A stretch of 64,000 nt of DNA from the human T2T-CHM13v2.0 reference genome, Homo sapiens, in assembly GCF_009914755.1 (NCBI RefSeq), contig NC_060930.1. One strand, given 5' to 3'. The notes beneath the pieces were generated by a model. It did no database searches. It worked only from the letters and a program-made list of their open reading frames with translations, and was not told where the DNA came from. The position numbers were made by a program, and so were the translations under genes. Of the stretch, positions 36,272 to 51,498 are shown piece by piece. How positions within the stretch are numbered: the stretch's first letter is position 1; every line of letters begins with the position of its first letter.

Positions 36272-36597
36272 AGTGTCCCACTCTGTCACCCAGACTAGAG
36301 AGTGCAGTGGTACAATCTCAGCCCACAGCAACCTCTGCCTCCTGGGCTCAAGTGATCCTCTCACCTCAGCCTCCCAAGTAGCTGGGACTACAGGCACATG
36401 CTAATGCGCCTGGCTAATTTTTTTTTTTTTCTTTTTGTATTTTTCGTAGAGATGGGTTTTCTTTCTTTCTTTCTTTCTTTCTTTTTTTTTTTTTGCCCTA
36501 TTGCCTAGGCTGGTCTCAAATTCCTGGACTCGGGTGATCTGCCTGCCTCAGCCTCCTGAATTGCTGGAACTACAGGTGTGAGCCACCGCACCTGGCC
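36272..36597 (-). mobile_element. AluJ with (TTTC)n expansion
   Basis: Antisense diverged dimer. Confidence 0.85.
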
Positions 36598-37139
36598 AAG
36601 TTGCTGTCTTGACGTAGAACTTTTATAATACTAAGGCTTAATAATCATGACTCAGATGTTATTAGAGAAAGAGAGATAATTAGCATCGCATATCAAAGAG
36701 TTTCAATGTACACTGGGTTGTTTTTTTATTTTGTTTTGGCTAGATGATTAATTAAGGCTACTATAAAATTGACTTTGAAATCAGTCTATAAGCTAAATTG
36801 CACTGCAACCATTATAGGCAGGTGACTTAAACATTAGTTGAAACTATCGTTTTTGTTATTATCATGTGCTATTTTTTATGAAAACTCTCACAGTGGCCAA
36901 AGACAAATGTAGTTTCAAAATATTCTTGATCAGATCATGATGTTGTAGAAATGTTTGATCAAATGCCTATACCATATCTAAAAAGTAAACATTATGAATC
37001 AAAAAGAAAAATAATACTAAAATATTTACATATAGATCACTTGCTATCTTCTTTGTCTGAAATCCACATCTTCTCTTCCACCTTTCATCACACACACACA
37101 CACCACTTATGTTGTCAATGCACCACTGTTTCCATAAAA

Positions 37140-38520
37140 CTAAAAGACAAAAATAAATAGAAGTTATATTAATTGGAAGGAGAGAGGTAAAATGATCACC
37201 TCTGATTATACAATTGCATACCTGGAAAACCCAAGAGAATCAACTAAAAAGATATCACAAATAATAGAAGACTTGAGTAAGGTGAGTGGGTACAAAATTA
37301 GTGTTCAGAAACCAATAGCCTTTTCTATATAAAAACAGATCTGTTGGAACTGCACTGTGCAACACAGTAGCCTATAGCCTCATGTAGCAATTTAAATTAA
37401 CTTAAAATTTGGTTCATTAATGACACTAGCCACATATCAAATCCTCAATAGTCACTTGAAATTTGGGGAGAAATAGAAATTCTGGAACTACTTTCCACAG
37501 ACCACATTGAAAAAAATAAGTAATAAAAGCCCAGAAATTCTTTTGGAAAGCCCAGATTATTCTTTTGGAAAAACAATAATCATGAGAAACAGCCCTATCA
37601 GATATTCAAAACACATTTTAAGGCAATAATAACTAAAATGTCTGCATTTACAAATACAAATAAAACAATAAAAATTTACTCTAATACATTTATAAATTTT
37701 GCTTATAAAGGGAGGTGGTTCACACCTGTAATCCCAGCACTTTAGGAGGCTGAGGCAGATGGATCGCCTGAGGTCCGGAGTTCAAGACCAGCCTGGCCAA
37801 CATGGTGAAACTCCATCTGTACTAAAAATACAAAAATTAGCCAGGCATGGTGGTACACACCTGTAGTCCCAGCTACTCAGGAGGCTGAGGCAGGAGAATC
37901 CCTTGAACCAGTAGGCGGAGGTTGCAGTGAGCCGAGATCATGCTACTGCACTCCAGCCTGGGTGACACAATGAGACTCCATCTCAAAAAAAAAAAGAATG
38001 CCTTTCAAAATAGTAGTAAAAGATTAATGATTCCATAAATCATGTTAGGATAACTTGGTGGCTATCTAGAAAAAAATAAATTTGTATCCCTATTTTACTT
38101 CTTATTCCAAAATAAATTTCAGCATAGCAAAGATTTAAACATAAGATAAAACTATATTACAGCATTGCTTCATATAGCAAAAGATTGGAAGCAATCTAAA
38201 TGTCCTTTAATGGTTAAATACAGTATGATATGTCCATTACATTTAAGATGATTTTGCCACTGGGAAAGAAAACTAGTAGCTTTATTATTGTAGAAGAGTA
38301 TATGTAGTAAGCTGCAGTGTGTGTAGAATCTATATAGAGGCTTGTCCATGTAGGGAATACAGGAAATTCGTTTCCTCTGGAGGGGAAAACTAAGTAGCTT
38401 TGGGATGGGTGGAAGGAGACTTGGTTTTTACTGATGACTCTTTTGCACCATTGAATTTGTACTCTCTCTATATATATATACACACACACATATATGAGTT
38501 AATGTTTTAAAATAAACATA
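37140..38520 (+). mobile_element. old L1 fragments with a MER3/MER33-like piece (~37350-37450)
   Basis: L1 ORF2-like text (gaaaacccaagagaatcaactaaaa); boundaries approximate. Confidence 0.55.
37710..37994 (+). mobile_element. Alu (AluSx-like)
   Basis: Dimer with A-tail. Confidence 0.88.
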
Positions 38521-38994
38521 ATTTATTATAAAAACCAAGGCCTGAAATTTATAAAAATATTGTATCTCCCTTACTTTAGTATCACCTGCCCCAGATTTAT
38601 TTCAGTTCTTTACATAAGAGCTTCAAAAAGTCTATGGGCAGCAATTTCAGGCTTCAGTGCAGTAAACTCTTGTCTAGAAGATTCAGATTTAACAATTTAC
38701 TTAATAAGTGTTTAGCTAGTAATGGGAACGTAATATTAATACCCTCAGTAAGTACTTGCTCAAATGTAATTTTATATTATTTAAAGAAGACTTAACAGCA
38801 AACAAAAACAAGTACTTTGTTTTACAGCAAAAGTGAAGGGCCAGTGGTCTCTAGTCATTCCATGATGTAAACATATAAATGGACTAAATGATGAGGTGCT
38901 GAATGAGCTCAGAGAATTCTAATCAGAAGAGTGCTTCATAGACTGGAGCCAAGTGGCACTGTATGCAACTGCCACCGTTAAGATGCTGCTAAGC

Positions 38995-39585
38995 ACTGTT
39001 CACAACAGCAAAGATACGGAGTCAACCTGTGTCCAATAGTGGACGAATGGATAAACGAAATGTATATCTACACAATGGACTATTATTCAGCCATGAAAAA
39101 TGAATAAAATCATATCATTTACAGCAACATGGATGGAACTGGAGGTCATTATATTAAGTGAAATAAGCCAGGCACAGAAAGGCAAATATCACATGTTCTC
39201 ACTCATATGTGAGAGCTAAAAAAGTTGATTTTACAAAGGTAGAGAGAATAGAATAATAGACACTAGAGACCAGGAAGGGTGTGCAGGTGGGAGGGGGGAT
39301 GAAAAGAAGAAGGTTAATGGGTAAAAACATACAGTTAGATAAAAGATAAAATCTCTGTTGTTCAACAGCTGAGTAGAGTGACAATAGTAAGTAACAATAT
39401 ATTGTATATTTCGAAGTAACTTAAAAGAGAGGACTTGAATTGTTCCCAACACATAGAAATGATAAATACTCAAAATGATGATACCTCAAATACCCTGACT
39501 TGATCATTACACATTCTATGCATGTAAAAAAATATCACATGTATCCCATAAATATGTAAAATATTACTTATCAGTTTTTTAAAAA
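38995..39585 (+). mobile_element. L1MA-like 3' end
   Basis: gcaacatggatggaactggaggtcattatattaagtgaaataagccaggcacagaaa...taccctgacttgatcattacacatt. Confidence 0.85.
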
Positions 39586-39886
39586 GAGACTGCTAAGCCT
39601 TGGGAGTCTCCTCCACCTCCCAAAACACTTCTATTTTGCTTTACATTTTCTAAACTTACACCAAGCATAACTTATGTCTCATTTGCCAATAGAAATGGAA
39701 TTGTCTAATTCCAAGATTAGCTGTTTGACAGCTCAGACAATTTAAATCTTTTACAAGGTACAGAAAGTTTTACTGGGCATTGACATGATGTTCTTGAAAC
39801 TTGAAGAAATTATTCTAGAACAAGCTTATTGTCTGTGAAAGACTACCATAGAAAACCCTTGGGTAGAAAAAATATCTGCTATGTAG

Positions 39887-40195
<309 letters not shown>

Positions 40196-40444
40196 AAATT
40201 TCTTTTTTATCAGCAGTTGTTTTAAAATTAAAGACAACCAATTGAAACATAAAGGAAATCTACTGATAATTAAATTTATTGTCCAGCATTTGTCAACAGA
40301 TTTCATGGTAAAACCCAGCCCCTGTGAGCCTCAGTTTCCTCATCCATCTAATAGGGGTAATAACATCTGCTCCATTGACAGTGGAGAATTACCATGAGAA
40401 CTGAAGACATGAAAGCAATTTGAAAGTTGCCAAACCATTTTATC

Positions 40445-40805
<361 letters not shown>

Positions 40806-41231
40806 TAAAAAGAGGCAACTAGTCCCTTCTAAATACATCCGAATTGCCCAATTCATCTGACTTCACTGACACTAGGGTTGCAGTGTTGAGCACTGAATTG
40901 GTAGTTTAATTTCCTGTCCAGGAAAATGATAATGTAACAACTAGATGCAAAATACCCAATCCCCTTCCCTGCCTTTCCTTCCCTCCCACAGGGATTGATC
41001 CCTAGAGTCCTCCCTAGTCAGCCTCCTGCCTGCCAGTCCGTCTCTGAGTCTGCATACTGAGCAACCCAATCTGTGATAATTTCGTACCAGAAATGGTCTG
41101 AGAAAGCAATGCTAAGATGGGATTTTGGAGCTGGATCACATGCCATCTGGTTGGCATTGAGAACTCCATTGCCAGTTGTGGGAGAGGCACAGACAGCACA
41201 AGGCAACAGTGCAATTGTTAAAACTTTTACA

Positions 41232-41617
<386 letters not shown>

Positions 41618-42612
41618 TCACCACAAGGACAGTAAAGGTGGCTATCGCTATGCTCAACCAGTGCTTTGGAAAAAGAAAACAAAAGACTAAGAGTGATTAA
41701 TCAACTTTCAAAAGCTAAGAGTGGCAGCCAGAAGGCCTCCTTGGTAGCATATGATGAATCTCTTTTCTCCTGCCATAGGGGTGCAGAGAAAGCTGAGGAC
41801 CAAGCTCAGAACTTCTCATGAAGGTAGCTTTAAAGGTTAATCTCTCAACCTAGGCAGGTTTGCTCTGCCAAGGTCAGGGCTCTGACTGACAAAAAATAGG
41901 AGCCTGACAGTAGGACGGGGGCATCTGGGTTGAGGCACCTACAGAACTGAGGTCCATCCCTCCCCCATTATGGGCTACTATTCCCCTCTTCTTGAAGACA
42001 ATGCAGACGTTGCTCCCCTGCATAACAACATGTGCCCCCTAGATCCGTCCCAACTTCCTATCCTGGCCACTAGGCCAATCCCTAGGTCTAAGTCACCACA
42101 TAACTCAGCTGGGGAGGAAAGGGACTAGACACAAAAGGAATTGTAGGACCCGGTCAGCAAGTACAGGCAGGAGCCAGGGGAGAAGACATGGGGCAGGATG
42201 TCCGAGGGTGCTGGATCAAGGCAGGCAAAATGTTATTTTGAATAAGAAAGTGTTTATTGAGAGCACCACTCTGGCATACAGGATTCAACACTCTGGCAAG
42301 GCCCCAGAAGATGGTGCAAACATGCTGTTAGGAAGCCAGGGAAAAGCAATGGTCCATGCTAAGTGTGACTGAAATGCCAGAATTGCCTTGGCAGATGGAT
42401 CACAAGGCTCACAGAAGTGGACATGCTAGAACAGAATAGATGTGCCATGTAAGGCATGGATGACTATGCTCCGCGGGAGAGTCCAGAGTCTACACAGTTC
42501 GCCAAGGGAATAAGGAACAGCTGGGGAGAGGGCACCAACAGCTCTAAGGATTCAGTGGTAGCTCCTCTCTGCAGGCCAGGATCCCTTGTTAAAAAAAATT
42601 ACTAAGAATTTT

Positions 42613-42941
<329 letters not shown>

Positions 42942-43319
42942 TTACAGGACTGGGCTCACTGTGTAGCAATGAGGATGATAGGACAGTTCCCACTTCCCCC
43001 TACAAACACCCTCCATAGAGGCCAAGTGGGAGTACTTAACCATCAGTAGCCAGGTGGATGCAATTATTGTAATGACTGGCAGGGTGGAGTGGCAGCCAAG
43101 AGGCCTGACCTGCAGAGAGGTATGGAGATGGTTAACGAATATAATGTGCTTAGGGAAAAACACATGAGGAGACAAAAAGAGTACTACATAATCTGTACAA
43201 ACAAATCAAGGATGGAGGTTCAGGACAGTCATTCCAATGAAAAGTCAGGATGTCTTGCCCAGTTTTCAGAACTGAGCCAGTTTTGGGTCCCAGAACCCAT
43301 GAATTGAAAGAGATTCTGG

Positions 43320-43630
<311 letters not shown>

Positions 43631-43850
43631 AGACAGAAAGAGAGGCTGGGTGCCCAGGAAGGCACAAGTATTCACAGTATTGATTTCCCGATTCTTCCTC
43701 AGAGAGGTGAATAACCATTTAATTTGGTAACTTCACACTGGAGAAAGGGGACTATCCAAACATTCTGAGGACCGCTGGACACAGACTCCAGGTTGACAGT
43801 AATACCCAGAGACCTGAACCACCATCATGGGACCCTGTTAGAGCGGGTGC

Positions 43851-44045
43851 CAGGGCCATCCTTGTGGATGTACGACGTGTGCAGCCACACAGGACTTTGC
43901 ATTTAGAAGGTTCTATGTGTGGTTTAATTATTGGTTTAATGCTCTACTGTTACCCGCTTGAAATTCTTAATAATTTTTTTAACAAGGGGTCCTATATTTT
44001 CAGTTTCTGCTAGGCCCCTTAAAAAATATATATGCAGTTGGTCAT
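43851..44045 (+). mobile_element. MER91A-like hAT DNA transposon fossil
   Basis: cagggcc...ggtttaatgctct...ttgaaattcttaataattttt.aacaagggg.cc matches the remembered MER91A consensus. Confidence 0.7.
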
Positions 44046-44280
44046 GGTGGGGAATATATGAGGGGCCTGGTAATAAATGGAGTTATGGTTCAGGTGTGGC
44101 TTACAGTGAATTCATTGGGTCTGCACACTCATCCATAGTCATTTCCTAGTCTCTGAATGTATGTTTGGAATAGACATTCCTGGCAATTAACACAACCCCA
44201 CACTGCTTCTTTGGCCAGTGGGGTAAGAGCTATCAGGGTGAATACAGCCAAGCGTAAAGCTCTGAAATTGGTACCCTCTT

Positions 44281-44300
44281 ACACACACACACACACACAC
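44281..44300. repeat. (AC)10 microsatellite
   Basis: acacacacacacacacacac. Confidence 0.9.
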
Positions 44301-44598
44301 GCAAAATAGTAAAGCAAAAACAATATTGCATCACAGAGGGTCTGGCAGAAATGAGTGCCACCCTTAAAAACATAAAGAATACAGGGGTGGTGAACCCCAT
44401 CATGTCTCCATTTAATTCACCATTTTGTCCCCTGTAAACAAACAAACAAAAACAATTTGAAGGGTAACTGTGGACTAAGAAGTAGCCCTGATTGCAGCTG
44501 TTGGGCCAGATGTGATATCTTTGCTAGACCCCATTTAAATTTCACCAACTGTCCAAACAATGCCTCTTTTTCTTTTAAGGTATAGGAATCCCATATGA

Positions 44599-44970
<372 letters not shown>

Positions 44971-44999
44971 CACCCTCTTTCAGTTTAAAAGTATAGGCC

Positions 45000-45700
45000 T
45001 TTCATTTTGTAGGATGATCATCCACCTGGGTGTGTCCAGTGTTTACCCATGGCCAGACTAGAGCCATAGATTCTTGGAAGGAATACTGCAACAGTGATTC
45101 TGTGCTCTTTCTTAGCCCATCGCATCAGGAATACAAGGCCAACCCGTCCCACCACTGGTGACATTTCCCTTGATCACTCGTATTTGGAGTCTGCCAGTTT
45201 TCTCGACTGTAAAGTCACCAGTCCTCCCTTTGCATTTGGTTGGTTATTTTGTGCAGAAATATTCTGAGATTATGCCAACACCTGTTCCTCACCAAACTTC
45301 TACCTACCAGCCTTAGCATCCATTGATGACCTCGTCTCTATCAGCTACCACAGATTGGGCTGCCAAATGGTAATTATCTATTTCCATTATTCCTTCTACA
45401 ATTATTAGCTGGCATTCTACTGAAAGGAAGTGTTTTCCCTTTCTCTTATTTGTTTATATAATCATGGATTCATGGATTTCTATTGTAATCAAGGTTTACA
45501 ATTCTATACTCTTATTTATTTTTATGCTCAAATTGTCCTCCCTTTGGCCAGGGGATACCGCTTCAAGCTAGCTTCTATGTTCTGTCTTACCGCCTCATCA
45601 TTCTTTGCACATTTTTACATTTTCTGACACAAGAGGATATTTCTGTGCCCCCAGTCCAGTGGGGGCCCGCCTTGGTATTTGGAAACCAAGATCTGAGAAG
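45000..45700 (-). mobile_element. old L1MC/ME-like fragment
   Basis: cttagcatccattgatga...ccattattccttctacaattattagctggcattct. Confidence 0.55.
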
Positions 45701-46429
45701 GGAAGCTTCACTTAAAACATTTTTGAACTTTGCATCTGCTCCCCAATATTTCTGTTTTCTCTAAGTTCCTTCTTGTTTCTTTTTTTCTTTTCCATGCTGG
45801 AGGCTTTCTTTAAATGCTTGGCCATTCTTGGCTGTCTATTTGCATGGGAGTGAGGCATTGAAAAGCCTGTGATTAGAAGATATGTATGGAGAAGAGAGGG
45901 AGAGGTCATTGACTGGTAGATTTTACTTTAGGGTTTTAGAGTGATCTGGCCAGGCCAATTCATTAAATTTGAGTGACAATCGATTTTTTTTCTGTTTATG
46001 GCTCGGTCAGTTTTTATCAGAAGAATCTTCCAGTCTCCTCCCTAGAAAATAGGTACCTAGATGCCAGTGTTCGTAGAGCTGAGTTGAGCAAAGAGCTAGG
46101 ATCCCACACCTGTTTAGTAGATTCCTATATAATGCCCACATTCTGTATGGAACTTTCACCCTCAGCTGTGCCTGGTGTCGTCAACCCTGGAGTCCCCAAG
46201 ATTCAGCCTCTTTAAAGAATGAATCTTTAAAGCAGAGGACATACAGAGCATTCAACCTAACTCTTTTACAGATTTTTAACCAGTGCTGTTTTCTGCCTGG
46301 TGCCTCTAGCTCCTGAGCTTTTTATTTTGGGAGGTTGGGGGTGAGGTGAGTGAGGCATCCTTTGGCCAGAGTAAGCCTGGTTCTAGACTTTTCCTGGGGA
46401 TACATTTTGATTTTTCTTATTTCCCAAAT

Positions 46430-46625
46430 CAGTGGTTCTCAGCCAGCGGAATTTTACCCTCAGGAACATTTGGCAATAACTGGAGGCATTTTTGGTTGTC
46501 ACAACTAGGGAGGGGTGCTACTGGCATCTAGTGGGTAGAGACCAGGAATGCTGCTACAGATGCCATCTACAGTGAAACATTCTATGGCTCAAAATGTCAA
46601 TAATACCAAGGTTGAGAAACCTTGC
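46430..46625 (-). mobile_element. MER20
   Basis: cagtggttctca...ggtgctactggcatctagtgggtagagaccagg...aaggttgagaaacc. Confidence 0.8.
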
Positions 46626-47162
46626 CCTAAATCATTTAGTGCAAACACTTCCAGCTTCTAGTTTTTTATGCTACTTCATTTTTTTCTTTTGTTCTCTGTT
46701 TTTCTGACTTTTAAAATCACATTGCCTTTTAAAATTATTTAATGTCATTTAGGAGTTGTTTCCAGAGGGAGTGATAGTAAACATAATTGTCTAACTGGCA
46801 CATTTAACCAGAACTCCTGTGGTGGCATGTGAATTCATATTTGCAAAAGTGTTTCAATTCCTGTCTCAAACACCGGCATAGACAAATGTTCAGTGTTAGG
46901 AAGAATGTGTTAACCCAGGAGTGAAACAGAAAGCATGTGGAGTCGGCTAGAAAGGGACTTTGTGTCTTATGTAACATACAATTGCTCTGAAGGTAAGCCG
47001 TTAATTTTTTAAAATAAAAATGCAGAAATAAAAGCTGCAGGCTACAACAGTACATTCGCAGTCGAAATGTAAAAATACTTTTTTATTTTCACAGGGGCTG
47101 AACAGAATTTTTATGAAGGACATTTGGCTCCTGCACGTACATACATTATGGGTTTGTGGGGT

Positions 47163-47722
<560 letters not shown>

Positions 47723-48194
47723 CCATACATTATGTTTAAACTTACCACGCGTGCCTAAGAGTCATTAGCATTTCCCATTGGTTGCTCTGGTCAGTGGTGT
47801 TGGCTTAAGCTGAGACTAGATAACATAGGACTTGCTGCATTTACACTGAATCTTAAGACAGGAACCCAGCAGGCCATCACTAAAGAGGTTTGTAAGTAAC
47901 TAAGTGTAAGAATACAGAATGGGAACTCTTTCGTGTGTACCCAGAGACTCCATTCCCTCCACACCATGGACTCGTCATTCTCTGAAAGCTCCGTGTGCCA
48001 ACAGTGAGCATGCATTGGGCATATTAAGTGTTTTGGTCTTTTATTCTGGCACCTCATTTAAAAGTATAACACTTTCGTGAGGTCCTTGACAAATTAATAA
48101 ACCCACTTATTTATTTAAATAAAATAAAACTTTTTACAAAGTCTAATTAGAAATTGCTCTGGACTAGAAAACAGCTTTAAAATGATGTCGTTCT

Positions 48195-48683
48195 TTTTTG
48201 TTTTTGTGTTGTTTTTGTTTTTGAGACAGAATTTCGCTTTTGCTGTCCAGGCTGGAGTGCAAATGGCACGATCTTGGCTAACTGCAACCTCCACCGCCGG
48301 GGTTCAAGAGATTCTCCTGCCTCAGCCTCCCGAGTAGCTGGGATTTATAGGCGCCTGCCACCACGTTCAGCTAATTTTTCGTATTTTATTTATTTATTTA
48401 TTTGAGACAGAGTTTCGCTCTTGTTGCCCAAGCTGGAGTGCAATGGCATGATCTCGGCTCACTGCAACTCTGCCTCCCGGGTTCAAATTATTATCCTGAC
48501 TCAGCCTCCCAAGTAGCTGGGATTACAGGCATGCGCCACCATGCCCGGCTGATTTTTTGTATTTTTAGTACACGGGGTTTCTCCATATTGGTCAAGCTGG
48601 TCTTGAACTCCTGACCTCAGGTGATCCGCCAGCCTCGGCCTCCCAAAGTGGTGGGATTACAGGCGTGAGCTACCACGCCCAGC
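48195..48683 (-). mobile_element. tandem Alu right arm plus full Alu
   Basis: Antisense; TSD taaatgatgt. Confidence 0.85.
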
Positions 48684-48867
48684 TAAATGATGTAGTTTTA
48701 TCATTGCTAGTTTTCCAGTGGACTTGGGAAATTAATATATTCCCTATGAAGGAAAATAAATTAAGTAAAAGAATCAATCACTGTGCTAACAAGAATGACT
48801 TTTGCATACCTCTGCAAAATAAGCTCAGTGAGTTTTTGTGAAATCAAATGTATGAAATATAAGTTAA

Positions 48868-49183
<316 letters not shown>

Positions 49184-50873
49184 CTCCGAGGAGCAGTTTT
49201 TAAGTGTATTCCCTAAGATTTTTTTTCTTATTTTAACTCAAGCTTTTTCTTATTTTTGGTCAATAAGGGTTTTTATATAGTTAAGAAAATTATCCTTGTT
49301 AAAAGCTAAGTCTTTGGTTGAAAATCATACACATACTCTCCCAGTATCTCTGGATGTGTCCTTTTCCATGAAAAACCTCTATGGTTCTCAAAAACACAGT
49401 AGAAATACCTATATAAGGAAAACTTGATAAATTTACATATTCAATATTAAAGAATTGCTTCAATTGTGTAAATAGTTCCATTTGCTATTATTTGAAGAGA
49501 AAAGTATTTAGGCAGCCTAAAAAGGAAATGTAAGCCTGCATTCATGATGGTGTTTATTATAGATAAAATGCTTCTGAAACTAAATGATTTCAGTAGTCCT
49601 TGACGTAAAAGTAAAGGCAAAAACATACGATATCATTTCTTTCTGATGTCATTTCCCATTCTCATAAAGAAAGCAAGTAAACATAATTGCATTTCAAATA
49701 AAGTATCTTGGTTGGCTAAGGTTAAATCAGGTTTTAAGCTATCAGGAAATTTCTTCCTTCAGAGAGATTAGAAGACCTACCTGTTTCTCCTGGACGTGAA
49801 ACATAGAGTTCCAGTAACCATAGCCATACAGAAGATATGTCTCCCAGAGCCACACTAAAGTCATCACTTCCAGTCACTCTCATCTAAGACATTGGTAGTT
49901 AAACACATTTTAATCTGTGGCATTGAATAAAGGTGATATTTCTATGCTGTCAAGTGCTAGTAGAGTAAATGAAAGACTAAAATAACAAATTGAAAATGCT
50001 CCTATCTTTGAAAAAAACCTTTTTTTATTATTAAGAATATCAACCTCTTTATTAAAAAATTAGAAAATGCAAGTAAATTAAAAGAAGGAGCCTGTAATCC
50101 CACCATCCAGAGGAAACATGGTTGATCTGTTTCTATAGTGTATATTCTTCTAGACTACTGAATAATCGTATGCACCTTGAAAAACTTACATAATATAGAA
50201 AAAAAATCTTTTGCACAAATAGTATTATATCCAGTCCTTTTAAAATAATCTGGACTTTTAATTCCAGAGGTCCTGACATGATCTCTTTCCTTTGAAAAGC
50301 AAAGCCTGCCATCTGGTTTCTGCAGGTCATTAAAGGGTTTTTGCTGGAGTTTATCCTGGCAGGGGACTGCCAGGCAGTTGGGCTTCGGTGGCAAGTCCTG
50401 ACTCACCAAGTCGGCGGCATCACATGACAACTTGCTCCAGCCTCTCCTTTGTAATGAATTTGGCTTCTACTGCTACACAAAACACCCTTGGAGACTAAAA
50501 CCTACAAATGTTATGCATTCCTAGACTTGGAGAGAAACTATAGCTACCAAGCCCATTCTTTGTCCTAGATTCAAATGAAAACACTGTAATGTGACCTCCC
50601 ACGGGTTTTCCTCTATAATAAATTTACAGAACTTCTGAAAAGATTACTAATAATTAATTATTTCCTTGTCCCCTCCCACCCCTTGTCAAATGACTCTGAA
50701 ATCTAATTTCTTTTCCTTCTGACAAACAGAAAAAGGAAAGCTACGAAAGCTCCCTGTACAATTCCCTCACCTGTTTACAGCCCATTCTTATTTCAACAAT
50801 CCTAGGAACTGGCAGAAAGAGAGGGTGCAGGGAAGAAAGGGTGTTACTTGTCACCCAGTGCAAGCAAACAAGA

Positions 50874-51376
50874 TGTTGTGAAAGAAATTATGTCCTTCCA
50901 AAATTTGTATGTCAAAGGGCCTTTAAAGAGGTAATTAGGTGGCCGGGCACAGTGGCTCACACCTGTAATCCCAGCACTTTGGGAGGCCGAGGTGGGAGGA
51001 TCACTTGGGCCCAGGAATTCAAGACTAACTTGGACAGCATAGTGAAACCCCACCTCTATTTGTTTTTAATTTTTTAAAAAGAGGTAATTAGGTTGAATGA
51101 GGTCATTGGGTGGGGCCCTAATGTAATCTGACTGATATCCTTGTAAGAAGAGGGAGAGGCACCAGGGGTCCACACCCGAAGAGGGATAACTGTGTGAAGA
51201 GGCAGCAGGAGAGCAGCCATGTGCAAGCCAAGGAAAGAGACCTGAGGGGAATCCAACTCTGCTGGCACCTTGATCTTGGATGTCCACCCTCCAGGACCGC
51301 AAGAAAATACATTTCTGTTGTTTAAGCCATGCAGTCTTTGGTACTTTGTTCTGGCAGCCTGAGCAGATTAATACAC
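50874..51376 (+). mobile_element. MLT1A-like MaLR solo LTR with inserted Alu monomer (50941-51075)
   Basis: aaagaggtaattagg TSD around the monomer; gctggcaccttgatcttgga...ttctgttgtttaagcca...taataca. Confidence 0.82.
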
Positions 51377-51462
51377 AAGGCAAAAGGACACCTAAAACGT
51401 TTCCCTGAAGAACTATCTAGACTGTCCCCTGGATGAATCTCCTCAGTCCAGCAACCTTACAA

Positions 51463-51465
<3 letters not shown>

Positions 51466-51496
<31 letters not shown>
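51466..51496. repeat. (CA)n microsatellite
   Basis: About 15 CA units. Confidence 0.95.

Positions 51497-51498
<2 letters not shown>

Noticed and set aside
45650-45670. CTCF-like ccagtgggggccc
   Set aside because: Does not fit the core spacing CCASYAGRKGGC
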